64,000 nucleotides of DNA, from assembly GCF_037042905.1 (NCBI RefSeq), contig NC_087252.1, positions 27,220,001 to 27,284,000 of the forward strand, given 5' to 3'. The position numbers and the translations under genes are program-made. Each line of letters opens with the position of its first letter. The stretch's first letter is position 1. This stretch comes from Lytechinus pictus (Eukaryota). Of the stretch, positions 38,692-51,298 are shown one piece after another. Below the pieces are notes generated by a model, which worked only from the letters and a program-made list of their open reading frames with translations, did not search any database and had not been told where the DNA came from.

Positions 38692-39291
38692 TTAAAGGTC
38701 AAGTCCACCCCAGGTAAATGTTGACTTGAATAAATAGAGAAAATCAAACTAGCATAGTGCTGAAAATTTCATCAAAATCGGATGTAAAATAAGAAAGTTA
38801 TGACATTTTAAAGTTTCGCTTATTTTTCACAAAACAGTGATATACACAACTAAGTGAGTCAGTCGATGATGTCCATCACTCACTATTTCTTTTGTTTTTT
38901 ATTGTTTGAATTATACAATATTCAATTTTTTATAGATTTGACAATAAGGACCGACTTTATACATAACCATATAGTATTAATCAATGCTAATTCCACATGT
39001 TCAGGGAAGAATGAATCATTGTATCACTTGACAATGAGGAGAAAATTAAAATATTTCATATTTCATATAATAAAATACAAAATAAATAGTTAGTGGATGA
39101 CATCATAGTCTCCTCATTTGCATACCAGCCAGGATGTGCATATAACTATTTAATGAAATTAAGCGAAAGTTTAAAATGTCATTACTTTCTTATTTTACAT
39201 CCGATTTTGATGAAATTTTCAGTGTTATGCTTGTTGGATTTTTCTCTTTTTATTCAAATCAACTTTTTGTTGGGGTGGACTTGTCCTTTAA
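38692..39291. mobile_element. MITE family A, copy 3 (opposite orientation)
   Basis: ttaa|aggtcaagtccacccc ... ggggtggacttgtcct|ttaa. Confidence 0.85.
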
Positions 39292-40761
39292 GGATGTTTT
39301 GACAAACAACATACTGAATGCTTTAGAATCCCCTTTTATTTCATTCTATTTTGGTATTGACAAAATCACGTCACGCCTCATCATTCACGGGTGAACTTTG
39401 TGATGTGACCCTTTTAATGAAGTACTAACGAGACAGAATATACACCGAGTGAGGAATTTGAAGATTCAGGTAATATAATTCTCAATTTATATCCTTGTGT
39501 GATTGGATTGTGCTGTTGTTATATACTTCGATATATGTATTTTTCGTTATATTCATATAAACAGGAATGTGCTTCTTGTGTAATATTTATTGTTAAGAGA
39601 GCCTGAGAAGAAGGAGGAGGAAGCCGGAAACTTGCGGTAAATAGCAGTCTAGTCCAAAATGGGGGCCGTGCTCCATCGGAGAACATTTTATAAACCAAGT
39701 TTTTGTATTGCCTGAAGGGTCTAGTTACTCATGTCCCATGGGTTTCAAAATTGAGATTTTGGGGCCATCAAGGGATTTTAAAGATATTTTTTTTTCTTCC
39801 TTTTTTCTCAATGGGGAAAATAGAAATGATTACGCACATTTTTAATAGTATTATAATAAATTATTTGCAATAAACAACAATATTGCTGATGTTTTATTGA
39901 GCGCACGCACCGTCCAAAGACGCCCATGGCGCTAGCCCAGCAACAGTTACTTTGGATATAAATTATATCGAAAAAATACTACACATGTAAACGAAGTCAA
40001 CTTAGAAATTTTAAGTTACTTCAAATACAAGAGGGTATATAATTTACAAAAACGTAACATTTGCATCACCCACTGGGGTTCATTCCTACATCATGGCAGG
40101 GACTGGTGCTCGCCTGCTTGGTGCTCCGTTCACCGACAGTTTAAGGGGCAACCGGTTTCTTCACAGTCCGAGTGATATTTATTGAAACACATGAGATAAT
40201 TGTGTCATTTCTTCTTTTTTTGTTGATATGTATTGTTATGAATTTGTTTTGTTATGAATAGCAGCAATTGATTCACATTATCAGAATGCAAAACGAAATG
40301 GGATATATTAACGAGAATATTTATATGTTTCGCCGCAGTATACCTTGTAGGTGTCCAAATGATCTTCAATAGAGGGGAAATGATAAGTCAAAATGTAAAA
40401 GTTCATATTGCACTAAAAATATGACCAATCAGCAACTTCCATGTCGCAGAATGATGAATGGAAACTATAACAAAGCGATCGATTGTATCCATTTCAAGAT
40501 AACGCAATAATTTTGATTGGTGACACGACATATGCTCGACTAAGATATAGGGTTAGGGTTGAAATAGGGTTTTATGTTAGACTTTAACCTCGGTCGCATT
40601 TGCTATACGGCGGCCGTAAGGCGAGTCGAACACGGCCGTTTTAACATTTTTTTGTACCAGCTACATAATTGGTGGTTTGAAATAAAATCAATCAACGGCT
40701 GTTTTCGACTCGCCGTACGGCCGCCGGAGAGCAAATGTGACCGGGGTATTTGGGTTAGGAT

Positions 40762-41150
40762 TTAAAGGTAAATTCCAGTTCTGGTAACGATCTCAAAATG
40801 ACTTTTTACAGAATCTAATATAATGACCACCCAAGTGTCTGTTTGTATGAATAAAAAATATGTGCCAAAGGATTCTGGAAGAAATTGTGTAATTGCTGAG
40901 AAATAAGCAAAATAAGCGCGGATTCGGTGACTTCCGTCGGGTCTTTATTCCAATCATAATAATACACTGTCCCACGTGTGCCTATCTGTGTTGGCGATCT
41001 TCAGTGTGATCGTATTTCAGCTTAGATTTTATGATTTCACAAAGTTCAGTTTATGTAACTGTACCAGATCTAGATCCACGATGATATAGTCATACTTAAC
41101 CTTGGTTTTACAGACTTTCTCACGAAATTAGTGTTTTACTGCAAATACTG
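40762..41150. mobile_element. MITE family B, truncated copy
   Basis: ttaaaggtaaattccagttctggtaac..., homologous to 57518-57923. Confidence 0.7.
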
Positions 41151-41456
41151 TAATATAGGATAGGGTATGGCGTTACAAATCAAGGGTTGAGTTGGTCATT
41201 CCATTAATGTGTGGAATTTACAGCGGAGCAACTGTCGCCGGAGCAAATGTAATTGAACCCTTCGATCGCGTATGCTGGTTTGACTTAAACCTTAATGCAT
41301 GTACTGCAGTAGTAGAAATGTGTATTATTTATGGCATGTTAGATGGTTATGACGGCAAAAATGCGTTTCTAAGCAACCTTAACAGTTATGAAACCCATGA
41401 AAACAGGTTACAAGAGACATATCGCTCTGCAGGTTACACGTGATAACGTTCTGGCA

Positions 41457-41695
41457 CACAGCAAAAACTGTGGTGTTAACCGGTGTACATAGAGGACCAC
41501 ACCAGTTATTTTACACCGGTGTTGAATTGGTGGTGTTAGTTTTACACTTAAAGGTGTCATTGCAGCACCTTTGGTTGTTACATTTACACGCTTTGGTGTT
41601 ATTTTTAATCTCTAGGGTGTAATTTTAACACCTCGGGGTGTGGTCCTCTATCAACACCAACTGGTGTCAGTTTTAACATCGCAGTTTTTACAGTG
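41457..41695. mobile_element. CAC-ended MITE with 2-bp TSD; relative at ~30915-31135
   Basis: ca|cacagcaaaaactgtggtgttaac ... gcagtttttacagtg|ca. Confidence 0.7.
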
Positions 41696-42080
41696 CACAT
41701 TTAAAGCCTAACCCAGGGGGGCCTGTCGATTGGTGTCTCTCATCTGTATGTTGACCCCGTAGTAAATTCAGAACGTTCTTTTCAGGTTGACTACCCCTCC
41801 AAGTTTATGACTGACGTGGTTGTAAATGGAAACCATTATCGAGTTTCCGCGCCGCCACGCTCAACGAAAGAACACAGCAAGTTGCATTAAAAATACAGGT
41901 CATTCGACACAAAAGCCTACAGAGTAAGGTTCCACCGGATGCTACTCGTTCTCATCATGAAACCTACTAGAGCTTTTCCAGCCTTACCCACCCATCCCAC
42001 GGGCCCACCCCATGACGCCAACGAATGGATATCCAAGGCCGGGAATCAAGACCCCCCGGCCACTCCTCAACCATCTAGAC

Positions 42081-43219
42081 CAGGGGTTCTCAAACTTTTT
42101 CTTTGAAGGGCCAGATGAGACTCCAAATAAAACTGAAAGGTCCAGGGTAAAGTGGATACTTAGAAAAAAAAATGTGCGCGAAGCGCAAAGACCCTTGCGG
42201 TCGGGGTCCTAGATGCTCTCTTGTGCAATCTGGCCCTCTTTTAGGAGCATTTAATCCAACAAATTTATAAAAGTTTCACATGGAACGCAGGCAAAATAAG
42301 CAAAGTTTCAAAATACAGCGAGATTCAATATTAATGATAACACCATTGTAGTACTTTGTTAAAAGGAATCTAGATTGTACGTATACATACCTGGTATTGG
42401 GGAGACAGATAATGTCTTGAAGTATCAATATTTTTGTAGTCAAAGTAGATTGAAGAATAGAGCATGTCTGTCGTAGACTCTAACAAGGATGTCAGTCTCC
42501 TAGTCCCTTTCAATATGGGAAAAGTTACTTTTATTACGGTTAGGTCTACATGTATACACAATGTAATGATTGAGCTATGTTTCATATTGTGACTTAAAAG
42601 TGATTAAAAACCCAACAGAGTCTCGCGGGCCGGATTGAAGCCCCCCCCCCCCACCCCCCGCCGCTTCTGGGGCCCTTGCTTGACCAATGAATATTTGCAC
42701 CAGTGCCTTCGTCTGCCAATTACACCTTTTGTGCCAAGGTTCAAGCAACTTGTTGTTGACAGACTGTCACTTTTCCCATATTGAAAGGGACTAGGAGACT
42801 GACATCCTTGTTAGAGTCTACAACAGACATGCTCTATTATTAAATCTACTTTGACTACAAAAGATATTGATACTTCAAGACATTATCTGTCTCCCCAATA
42901 CCAGGTATGTATAGGTACAATCTAGATTCCTTTTAACAAAGTACTACAATTTTGTTATCATTGCTATTGACTCTCGCTGTATTTTGAAAGCTTTTCTAAT
43001 TTTGCCTGCGTTCCATATGAAACTGTTATAAATTTGTTAGATTAAATGCTCCCAAAATAGGGCCAGATTGCACAAGAGAGCATCTAGGACCCCGACCGCA
43101 AGGGTCTTTGCGCTTCGCGCATATTTTTTTTCTAAGAATCCACTTCACCCTGGACCTTTCATGTTTATTTGGAGTCTCATCTGGCCCTTCAAAGAAAAAG
43201 TTTGAGAACCCCTGTCCTG
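42081..43219. mobile_element. hAT(Charlie)-like foldback element with ~445-bp inverted arms
   Basis: Arm 42081-42525 is the reverse complement of 42769-43214. Ends caggggttctcaaac / gtttgagaacccctg; 8-bp TSD atctagac (42073-42080 and 43220-43227). Confidence 0.85.
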
Positions 43220-43366
43220 ATCTAGACCCACTCTGCCTGCCCAACCCACCCAACAAGATCGGCCTAATCCTCAACATACATCCTGAACAGGAACTGCGAT
43301 CAGGCTGGTATGCAACCCCCCTCGTCATATTACCCGTCGTCCATTTGTTATAAGGCCCCTCAGCGG

Positions 43367-43535
43367 TAGCCTGCAGGCACAGACCCTGATTGAAAATTTG
43401 ATCAACAAGTGTGTCTCCGTGCAAAGACTAGCACATACAAAACTTGCTGTGTCAGGGCCTTTAGTACTCTTAGGTATTAGTACCGGATACATATGCAGAC
43501 CCTTACCTCGAGTGAAGGGTTTGCACAGCAGACTA
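43367..43535. mobile_element. TAG..CTA-ended MITE with 9-bp TSD; second copy at ~62457-62612
   Basis: cctcagcgg|tagcctgcaggcacagaccct ... agggtttgcacagcagacta|cctcagcgg. Confidence 0.8.
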
Positions 43536-43928
43536 CCTCAGCGGTACCGTATTCAATAGCTCGACTCATCGCAAAGCAGTCATTCATCGGTGACTCCGTA
43601 CCACTGATCAGTGCTCCGTACCTGGATCTTTAACTCATGCACCAATCAACGCCCTTCATACGCTTCAGTAGCTCGACCCCCACCTACTTTCTACAACATT
43701 CCAGCGAGCTGTCGAAATTATGGCGAACCGAACACACATACCGACACGGAATTTGACTACAAAGTCGGAGATGTTTTGAATTCGGTCATAAAGAGAAAAT
43801 GTGTCAATATTAGGTCCACGGCCAAGAATAGCGTGCCTTAGCTATCCAGCTTGTGAGAAAAGATACTAAATATAGAGTCAATTAGAATTTGTCTCCCAAG
43901 AGCGAATACTGTGAACGTGCCTTTCAAT

Positions 43929-45207
43929 CACTGGCGTAAATCCGTGTTGATGGGTTGGGGGATGACTGAAATATTTTGGCATTTTTTTTGCAATCATGTT
44001 TTTAGATATGCAAGGAATTGTCATTGATACGTCCAGAGTGGCGTACCGTGGGTCACAGCATGGGGGGGGGGGGGCACCAGCAAAATTTTTGAATCACCGA
44101 GTGAGTGCGCTCAGTTGCCAGTTATACTGACCTAATAGAGACATTTTAATGACAATGTCATTAAACGGGTATGTATCTCACTGATCAAATAATGCGAGCG
44201 CGAAGCGCGAGCTGAATTTTTTTTATATTCACACCTAAAAAGGGACATTATAATCAAATTTGTGTAATCATGATATGTACCTGTCTCGCTAAACAATGCG
44301 AGCGCGAAGCGCGAGCTGAAAATTTAGATAATTCAGACCTGAAGTGGGGCATTCTAAGGTTTCTTTGTAGGAATTGACTAGGACCATACGTATTTCATTA
44401 ACCAAATGATGCGAGCGCGAAGCGCGAGCTGAAAATTATTGATATTCAGTTCAGAAGAAAGGAAATTTTAAGGACTGATTTTAGGAATTCATGAAGAGCA
44501 GACATATCTCACCAATCCACCAATGCGAACGTAATCACGGACAGGAAACGTTTCATATATACGAAGACCTTAACATGGAGCAATCACTTTTTGAATCATG
44601 AAAAAGAAGCATATGTCACTACATAAAACAATGATATAATGAATAATATTTTCTTCTTTCCCACTACGTTTCTCTTCCTTTCTCCCTCTTTTCTCCTTTT
44701 CCCCCTTTCCCCGTTTTTTTTTGGTCAGCCGATGGGGGGGGGGGATGTGCCCCCATGCCCCCCGTAGTTACGCCACTGTATGTCCATATGGCAAATACCC
44801 CTCCTATATTATTATCTGTTTTACCCCATGATGGTTTAATGGTTTTATTAGAGATTACATTCAAAATTTTTTGATATTCCATCTTATTCCCTTCCCAAAG
44901 ACCCCAACATTGATGAATTGGAAGAAACGGGGGTTTCTCTTCAATGTTATAATAAGGACATAAGTATTTCGTTTGGAAATGGTGAACTGGCTCTTTATTT
45001 GCATTTTATGATTCAATAATATTGTTTTATTTGTTAAGCGGTATTTTAGGAAGAATTTTCACCAATAAAACAATTATCTCTTGTGATATTTTTTTTCATT
45101 TCTTTCGTAAAAAATGGGGGGATGTTTGTACAGGCCATCCCCCCCTCCTCGAAAAGTGGGAGGGATATATCCCCCCACCCCCCCCCCCCCCGGGATTTAC
45201 GCCAGTG
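43929..45207. mobile_element. Non-autonomous hAT element (host of 44036-44778)
   Basis: cactggcgtaaatcc ... ggatttacgccagtg, perfect 8-bp TSD ctttcaat. Confidence 0.85.
44036..44778. mobile_element. Shorter copy of the same hAT family, nested in another hAT element
   Basis: gagtggcgtaccgtggg ... tacgccactg, TSD tacgtcca/tatgtcca. Confidence 0.85.
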
Positions 45208-46932
45208 CTTTCAATTATCCAATTACAAGGGTGAAAGAATTAGTTTAATTGTAATATGCTATGTTTAATTGAAACCTGTCTACACGAAATATTAGCAATG
45301 CCGACTTGAAAATTGATGGTTATATTCTAACAGTAAAAAAAAACATATTCGGTTTTAAGATTCGAAATTGATGAAATAATTCGCATGCGAAGTAATTTTT
45401 GGCTTTAAAGTTTTTTTCTTGAAAAAAGGGTCAGTAACTTCACTGATATGAATGTTCTCAATAAATTTATCATACATTTCCACCGATACTGGATTACTCT
45501 TGTACAATTTGGGGGAACTGTTCCATCAACAATAGGAATTGTTTGGTAAGATTACAAAAGAGAGAAGTTAGAATAGTGGAAAGGTGCTCCGATTATACTG
45601 ACAATGGTAATGATATTATTACAAGATTGAAATGGCAGGTTTTAGGAAAAAATCCTCAATCATCTCCTTGCATGTGTATCATCTCCTTGAGTGTAATTAT
45701 TGTACCCATGGAAATAATCTGGTACGTTTATGTAATTCAATTGATATGGTTTCTGATAGACATTCTATGAATACAAAATATGCCTATTCATTAAATGTTG
45801 TTATACGAAAATGAAACATTGAATTTTTAAAAATTAGTCTACGATATGCAAAAGGAGTGCATGGAACAACTTACATTCGCATCTACAAAATTTGATAGTT
45901 TTCAAAAGAATTACAAGAAAAAACATTTCTCTTTATATTGCCATGTCTCTCCATCCTACACGTTTCTATGCTAGTTCATAGTTTCGATTCGGTATTTCTC
46001 ACTCAGTGTACATGCATTTTGGTGTCTCTGATGTTTAGTTAATAAAACCTATATCACTCACTCTTTTTCTATGACTATTATATCTGATTTTAAGTTATTT
46101 TATGCATTTTCTATTACGTTGTTTAATATTTTTTATGTCATGCCAACAGGACCTAATATTTCATAAAATAATATGCAAAAGAACAAGTGGGGATATGACA
46201 TCATCAAGTTGCTGATTGAATATTCATGAAGACATGCCTAGAACTTTGTTCAAATTCTCAGCGTTTTGTTTGTTTGATTTTCTCTTATTCTCAGCCCGGA
46301 TCATCCCTTTAATCAGAGCAGAAAAATATAAAGAAGAAGGTTGATGAAGGTTAGATGAAAATCTGTCAAAGAATAAACGAAGCAATGATTCATTTTCAAA
46401 TGCTGATTATGTGGCGTCACAGAAGAACAGCTTCTTCAACCGTTGTGTGCTATTTATTTCACAAATCCCCTTTTCAAAAAAAAAAAAAGGGGGGGTAGTT
46501 GTGCGGTGGATATATCAACAGATAATGATTATAAACATTGATATCTATATAACGTTTTACACCAAAGATTCAAACGCTGTAAATCACAGGAGTAAGTCCA
46601 TTCATTCAGAGTATGCGAGTCTATTCGTTTATGTACACGTTAAATGATTACATTTCAGTAACAAAACCATGCGCCTGCGCACTTAAGTTTTTCAGATCAA
46701 TTCATGAATAATTCGTGTACCACTGCCGCTGCGCTAGCAGGTACGTCAATAATACATGTGTCCGGTACAGGTTACCGTCCAGTAACGGTAACACAATTTT
46801 ATTTCATTCTAGCATCAGGGAATAAACATACAAAACGGTCTCAATTACTTATTATTTTGTTGATATCATTACTATTATTATTATTAACATTATCATCATT
46901 ATTATCATTATCGTTATTTTCCGTTATGCAGT

Positions 46933-47167
46933 ATGACAAATTCAACGAGACAAGACGGGGGCGGCTCTGGAGGTCAACGATGTCGACGGTCCGGAGTATT
47001 TACACGATGGTTAATCTTACCCGGTCTGTTCATGGCGTCTTTTCTAGAACTAGGATCAGCAAGAACACTTTCGCTTTTTCTCGATGACTTCACATTTCAG
47101 TTTGATGTCAGCACTTCATACATCGGTGCGATTTACGGTCTTGCCACTGGAATGCCGTACTTCTTGG
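46933..47167 (+). CDS. SLC16/monocarboxylate transporter family (MFS) gene, coding exon 1
   Basis: Acceptor ttatgcAG at 46930-46931 immediately before the ATG. Encodes MTNSTRQ...WLILPGLFMASFLELGSARTLSLFLDDFTFQFDVSTSYIGAIYGLATGMPYFL (TM1-2). Donor g|GTATGG, phase 1. Confidence 0.85.
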
Positions 47168-47321
47168 GTATGGTATTAATTCAACGGTTAAGGTCTTGTT
47201 AAAGATACTGAAATTTACTGAAAAATGATAAAATTCTGTTTAATTCGATATCATTGAGATTCCAAAGTATTTATCGATGGGAATTATATGCCTACCTGGT
47301 TATCATGAACATAGTTGATAG

Positions 47322-50300
47322 GCTTCTTCTTTATCGTCTTCTTCTTCTCCTCCTTCTTCTTCTCCTTCTTCTTCTCGGGTCACAACACAAATCATGTCCA
47401 GTCATGCCAGTGGGGTGTATATGATCTGGCTTTGGGGTTGAAAGACTCCAGATCTTTGGCAGTGTGTGGCTCTGGCCAGAAGGGGCAGGCCTAAATGTGA
47501 TGCATCGTCTGGTCCTCCCCACAGTCGCAGGTAGTGTATCCTTCCTTACTTTAAGCCCCAGTCACATATAGATCCCGGACCACCCCGGACCATCCCGGAT
47601 CTGATCCGGGGTGGTCCGGGGAGAGATCCGTGTTGGCGCCTTGGGCATCCTTGGAGGTCCGGGGTGGTCCGTGTTGGTCCTTGAACGTCCGGGAGGCCAA
47701 CACGGCAGTTTTTGACTGTCATAAACATCCGGCGTCATCCGTGGACTGCCGGGTTGGCAAAGCCATCCGGGATGGTCCGTGTGGCTGCCGTGTAGGTCCG
47801 TGTAGCTGCCGTGTAGGTCCGTGTAGCTGCCGTGTAGGTCCGTATGGCTGCCTGGAGTATCCTTGGCAGTCCGTGTTCTTTTTTCCCATCAAATCTTTAC
47901 AACGCTATTTACTTTATGAACTTTTCAGGAGTTGTTAAACAGTTGACACAAACATGCTTAATTTATTTATGATTAAATGGATGATTTAACGATTCAGGAT
48001 ATTTTCTTACGCTTTGGAGATTGGCCCCAACCTAATATTTGTAAACTTAGTGCATGTATCAATAATTATTATTTTTTTTTATATATTTAATCCCAACTTT
48101 GTCTGTTATTACTATTTCACATTTCATTTTCTTAAAATAAATGTTATGTACCTGTTACATCAAAATTGTACATTAAGTTTTATACCACTGCCCTGCATCG
48201 ACAGTTATGCGTCATGACCTGGGCCTATCTTAATTTTTAATATGTTTTCTACTGACTTTGTAAATTTCTTTCCTTTACTGTGATTTCAATAAAGTAATAT
48301 CAAATCAAATCGAAATTAAATTTGTCGTTCAATATTTAAAGTACTTAACAAAAGGGTAAACTGCGTTGTATAAAAAACAGCGTTTTTACTGGTTAAGGAA
48401 GTTTTAAGTTTTGATGTCTTTTTTAAAAACAACATATATGATGTTGCGACAAGGATGAGAAAAAATAAATAAATATCAGCTCATTATTATGAGCAGATTT
48501 TCATTTGCCGTGCTGGTCAATATAGCTGCCGTGTTGGTCCTTGAGCTGACGTGTTGGTCCGTGTAGCTGACGTGTTGGTCCGTGTAGCTGACGTGTTGGT
48601 CCGTGTTGCTGACGTGTTGGTCCGTGTTGGTCCTTGTAGCTGACGGGTTGGTCCGTGTTGCTGACGTGTTGGTCCGTGTAGCTGACGTGTTGGTCCGTGT
48701 TGCTGACGTGTAGGTCCGTGTTGCTGACGTGTAGGTCCGTGTTGACGACGTGCTCTGCCGGCATGGTCCGTGTGAAGATGCCGTGTTTACAGTCATCAAC
48801 GCTCAATCCGGGGCAAAACGATCCCGGACCTCCCCGGATCATGCCGGCGTTGTCGTGTTGATCCGTGAGGATCCGTGTCTATATGTGACTGGGGCTTTAG
48901 CCTATTCTCTGCATAAGGATGTTACTTTGTCCTGTTTCCGCAAGTAGACGATTAAGACATAGTCAGGTTGATTATTCTTCACTTTCACCTGGGGGCAGTG
49001 ATCCACTAGGTCCACAGGAGAGCTTGTGCGTCACAGATTGGATGTGGTTGGACCAAAGGGCAATCCTTTGTCAACGTGTTAAGTCGAGTTGAATAAACTG
49101 CGTCGAGATTATTTTGAGTCTCTTTTTGACAGGTTCATACTTGTAGAGTTGATGAAGAGGGTTATCTTCGTGCTTGTTTTTCCACCCGTGGTGATACCTC
49201 TCTTCTGATGTATGATTGGGCAATATCATACAGGAGGTAAAGAACATTTACTCTTGACTGGGTCAATCTGCAGCATGAGATGACATACACCAGAAGGGAA
49301 CTGCGTACTCAAAAGTGGAGTAGCATCAAACAAAAGCTGTGGTATGATAGTTAGGTCATTTTTTCAATATTGTTTTGACCAGCTTCTTTAGAATGCTATT
49401 CCTTGCTTCACCGTTTCCTTTGTCTTGGCAACTTGTTCTTTGTACGAAAGGTACATGTAGATTGATTTGCTGGTGTGTTTCGAACATTTTTCATACTATC
49501 GGACCCTGAGTTGCCATTTTGCATCTCTGTTCTTAAGACGCTGTGTTTCCTTTTCTGGATTTGCGCGAAGATAGTTTGCAGCGTAGTAAAGAGTCCATCC
49601 TGGCAGAGCATCACTAAGTGCTTTTCTAACTCTTCAAATGGAACTAGTCCAGGATAGGCCCCATAGACAAGGGGTCGAACCTTGTTTTTTTAGATATACA
49701 ATGTTTTTTTATGGTTTCTTGTCAATTCGAGGGTGCTGATTCCGAATCTGAATGATGCCACTCTTGTAACCTTCAGCATTTCCCGCAAATTGGCAAAATC
49801 CAATATGGCCGCCAAAATATGCAAATTACCCATGAAAATAATTGCCAACACATTAGCTATAAAATGCATGTAGTTGTTGTGCAGAAGTGAAATACCAATT
49901 GGAAAAAGCGATATTTGACAAAATATTTATTTTATTGGACTAAACATGCATGTTGGTTGGGTAAACAAAAAAACCCAGCAAACATGCATGTTCAATTTGT
50001 ACAAAATATTATATTGGGTAAAAATTTACTCAGTGTTTTTAAGTGTAGCATACGGGTGGTTTATAGTACTTTGGATTGGTTGGCCGTTCGTGTAGATGTT
50101 AAAAAGAAGGGGGTCAACGACACCTCCTTGTGGAATACCATTTTTAGGCCTCCGCCATCTGCTGCTAGAACCATTGAGATGCACAAAGACCGCCGGTTTG
50201 AGAGAATGTTCTCGACCAGCTGCGTGAAATTGACGTACTTGGTCATCTCCAAGACTTTCTTCATAAGTGTCAGCAGCTGACTACAGGACTTTCCCAGTCT

Positions 50301-50400
50301 GAATCCTGCTTGTTGCAGCATAAAGGAACCCATCCATAAAGAGAGAAATGTGGTTGAGTAGGAGGAGCTTTTCAAAGAGGTTATATGTGTGACAGAGCAG
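47322..50400 (-). mobile_element. Decayed Vingi/Ingi-like non-LTR retrotransposon (RT plus C-terminal CCHC), antisense in SLC16 intron 1
   Basis: Minus-strand remnants QAGFRLGKSCSQLL, WRRPKNGIPQGGVVDPLLFNIYTNGQP, NYLRANP, LYLLYDIAQSYIRR, CLNRLL and CDCGEDQTMHHI*ACP, then a (GAA)n tail. Many stops, frameshifts and insertions. Confidence 0.8.
47554..48896. mobile_element. PIF/Harbinger-type non-autonomous element with subterminal minisatellites, in SLC16 intron 1
   Basis: tta|agccccagtcacatataga ... tctatatgtgactggggct|tta, 3-bp TTA TSD; ~21-bp repeats ccgtgttgctgacgtgttggt. Confidence 0.88.
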
Positions 50401-50821
50401 AGAACTCTTTGGGCTGGCTGGGTCTTTGCCTGGTTTATGGAAGGCGACTACCTTCGATTTCCTTTCATTCGCTTTTCCTCCCTTTCCTGTCACTTTTCTT
50501 CTTTTTCTCCGCTCTCTCTCCTCCCTTTCTTTTGTCATTCCCCTCGTTTTTTTTGGTTTTTTTTTTTTTTTGGGGGGGGGGGGAGGGGGGGGGGGTGTTT
50601 TCCTGTTGGCAAACAGCGAGTTTCCGTGGAGGCCCCGAAAATCCCTGGCTATTGAATTGTATGACCCATGCATAAAATATTGCTGAAAGGAAATAAAACG
50701 TTGGTATAATTCATATTTATCTTGAACTTCATATTTTTCATGTACATGTATATCGTTTCATTTAAAAGAATGTCTTTTTTCTGCTGCTGATGTTCCTCTC
50801 CTCCCACTTCCCATTCTTCAG

Positions 50822-50962
50822 CATTTATCACTGTGCCTCTGCTGCGGTATTTCTCGGTCCGACAGCTTACTATGCTTGGTGGTATATTCGTATCAGGAGG
50901 ACTGATTGCTGCCTCGTTCACCACGTCAGCGCCACAGATAACTGCTGCTTTGATTCTGTCTG
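50822..50962 (+). CDS. SLC16-family transporter, coding exon 2
   Basis: Acceptor ccattcttcAG|. Encodes (A)FITVPLLRYFSVRQLTMLGGIFVSGGLIAASFTTSAPQITAALILS, the MFS loop2-3 and TM3-4 pattern. Donor g|GTAAGC, phase 1. Confidence 0.9.
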
Positions 50963-51298
50963 GTAAGCTCCTTGTCCCGAGACACTGCAAAATCAGGACA
51001 GTGCTACGGTCATACCATTTTCCTGACATATTTTCTCTACAACATTGTTTTGCCTGTAATGTTTATTTTATTTTCAATGGTATGCTGTCCTGATATTGCA
51101 GTGTCTCGGGACGTTAGCCCAATAACGTCACCAACCACATTCATGGTATTCTCTTTGTTCTTTTCCGTTTATGTTTTGTGATATTCTACGTGATTTAATC
51201 TTTGTTTGTTACGAAATAGCCTCACCTTTGGGTAAGAAAAAAAGAAAAAAAAATGTAAATCGTATTATATACATTTTCTGCTTCTTCACTCCCCCCAG

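Larger units (their letters stand above)
41786..43840 (+). mobile_element. Decayed CR1-group LINE ORF1 remnant (C-terminal zinc knuckles), split by two DNA elements
   Basis: VDYPSK..VVVNG near 41786, a P/S/Q-rich linker, then RPSYASV..CRNYGEPNTH..FDYKV and frameshifted RCFEFGHKEKMC (degenerate CCHC knuckles, ~43708-43810). Confidence 0.55.

Noticed and set aside
47546..48947. Repetitive ORFs (TDQHVS / SATRTNT repeats); also 55755-56328
   Set aside because: They are stop-free frames through TE minisatellites, with no transposase motifs.
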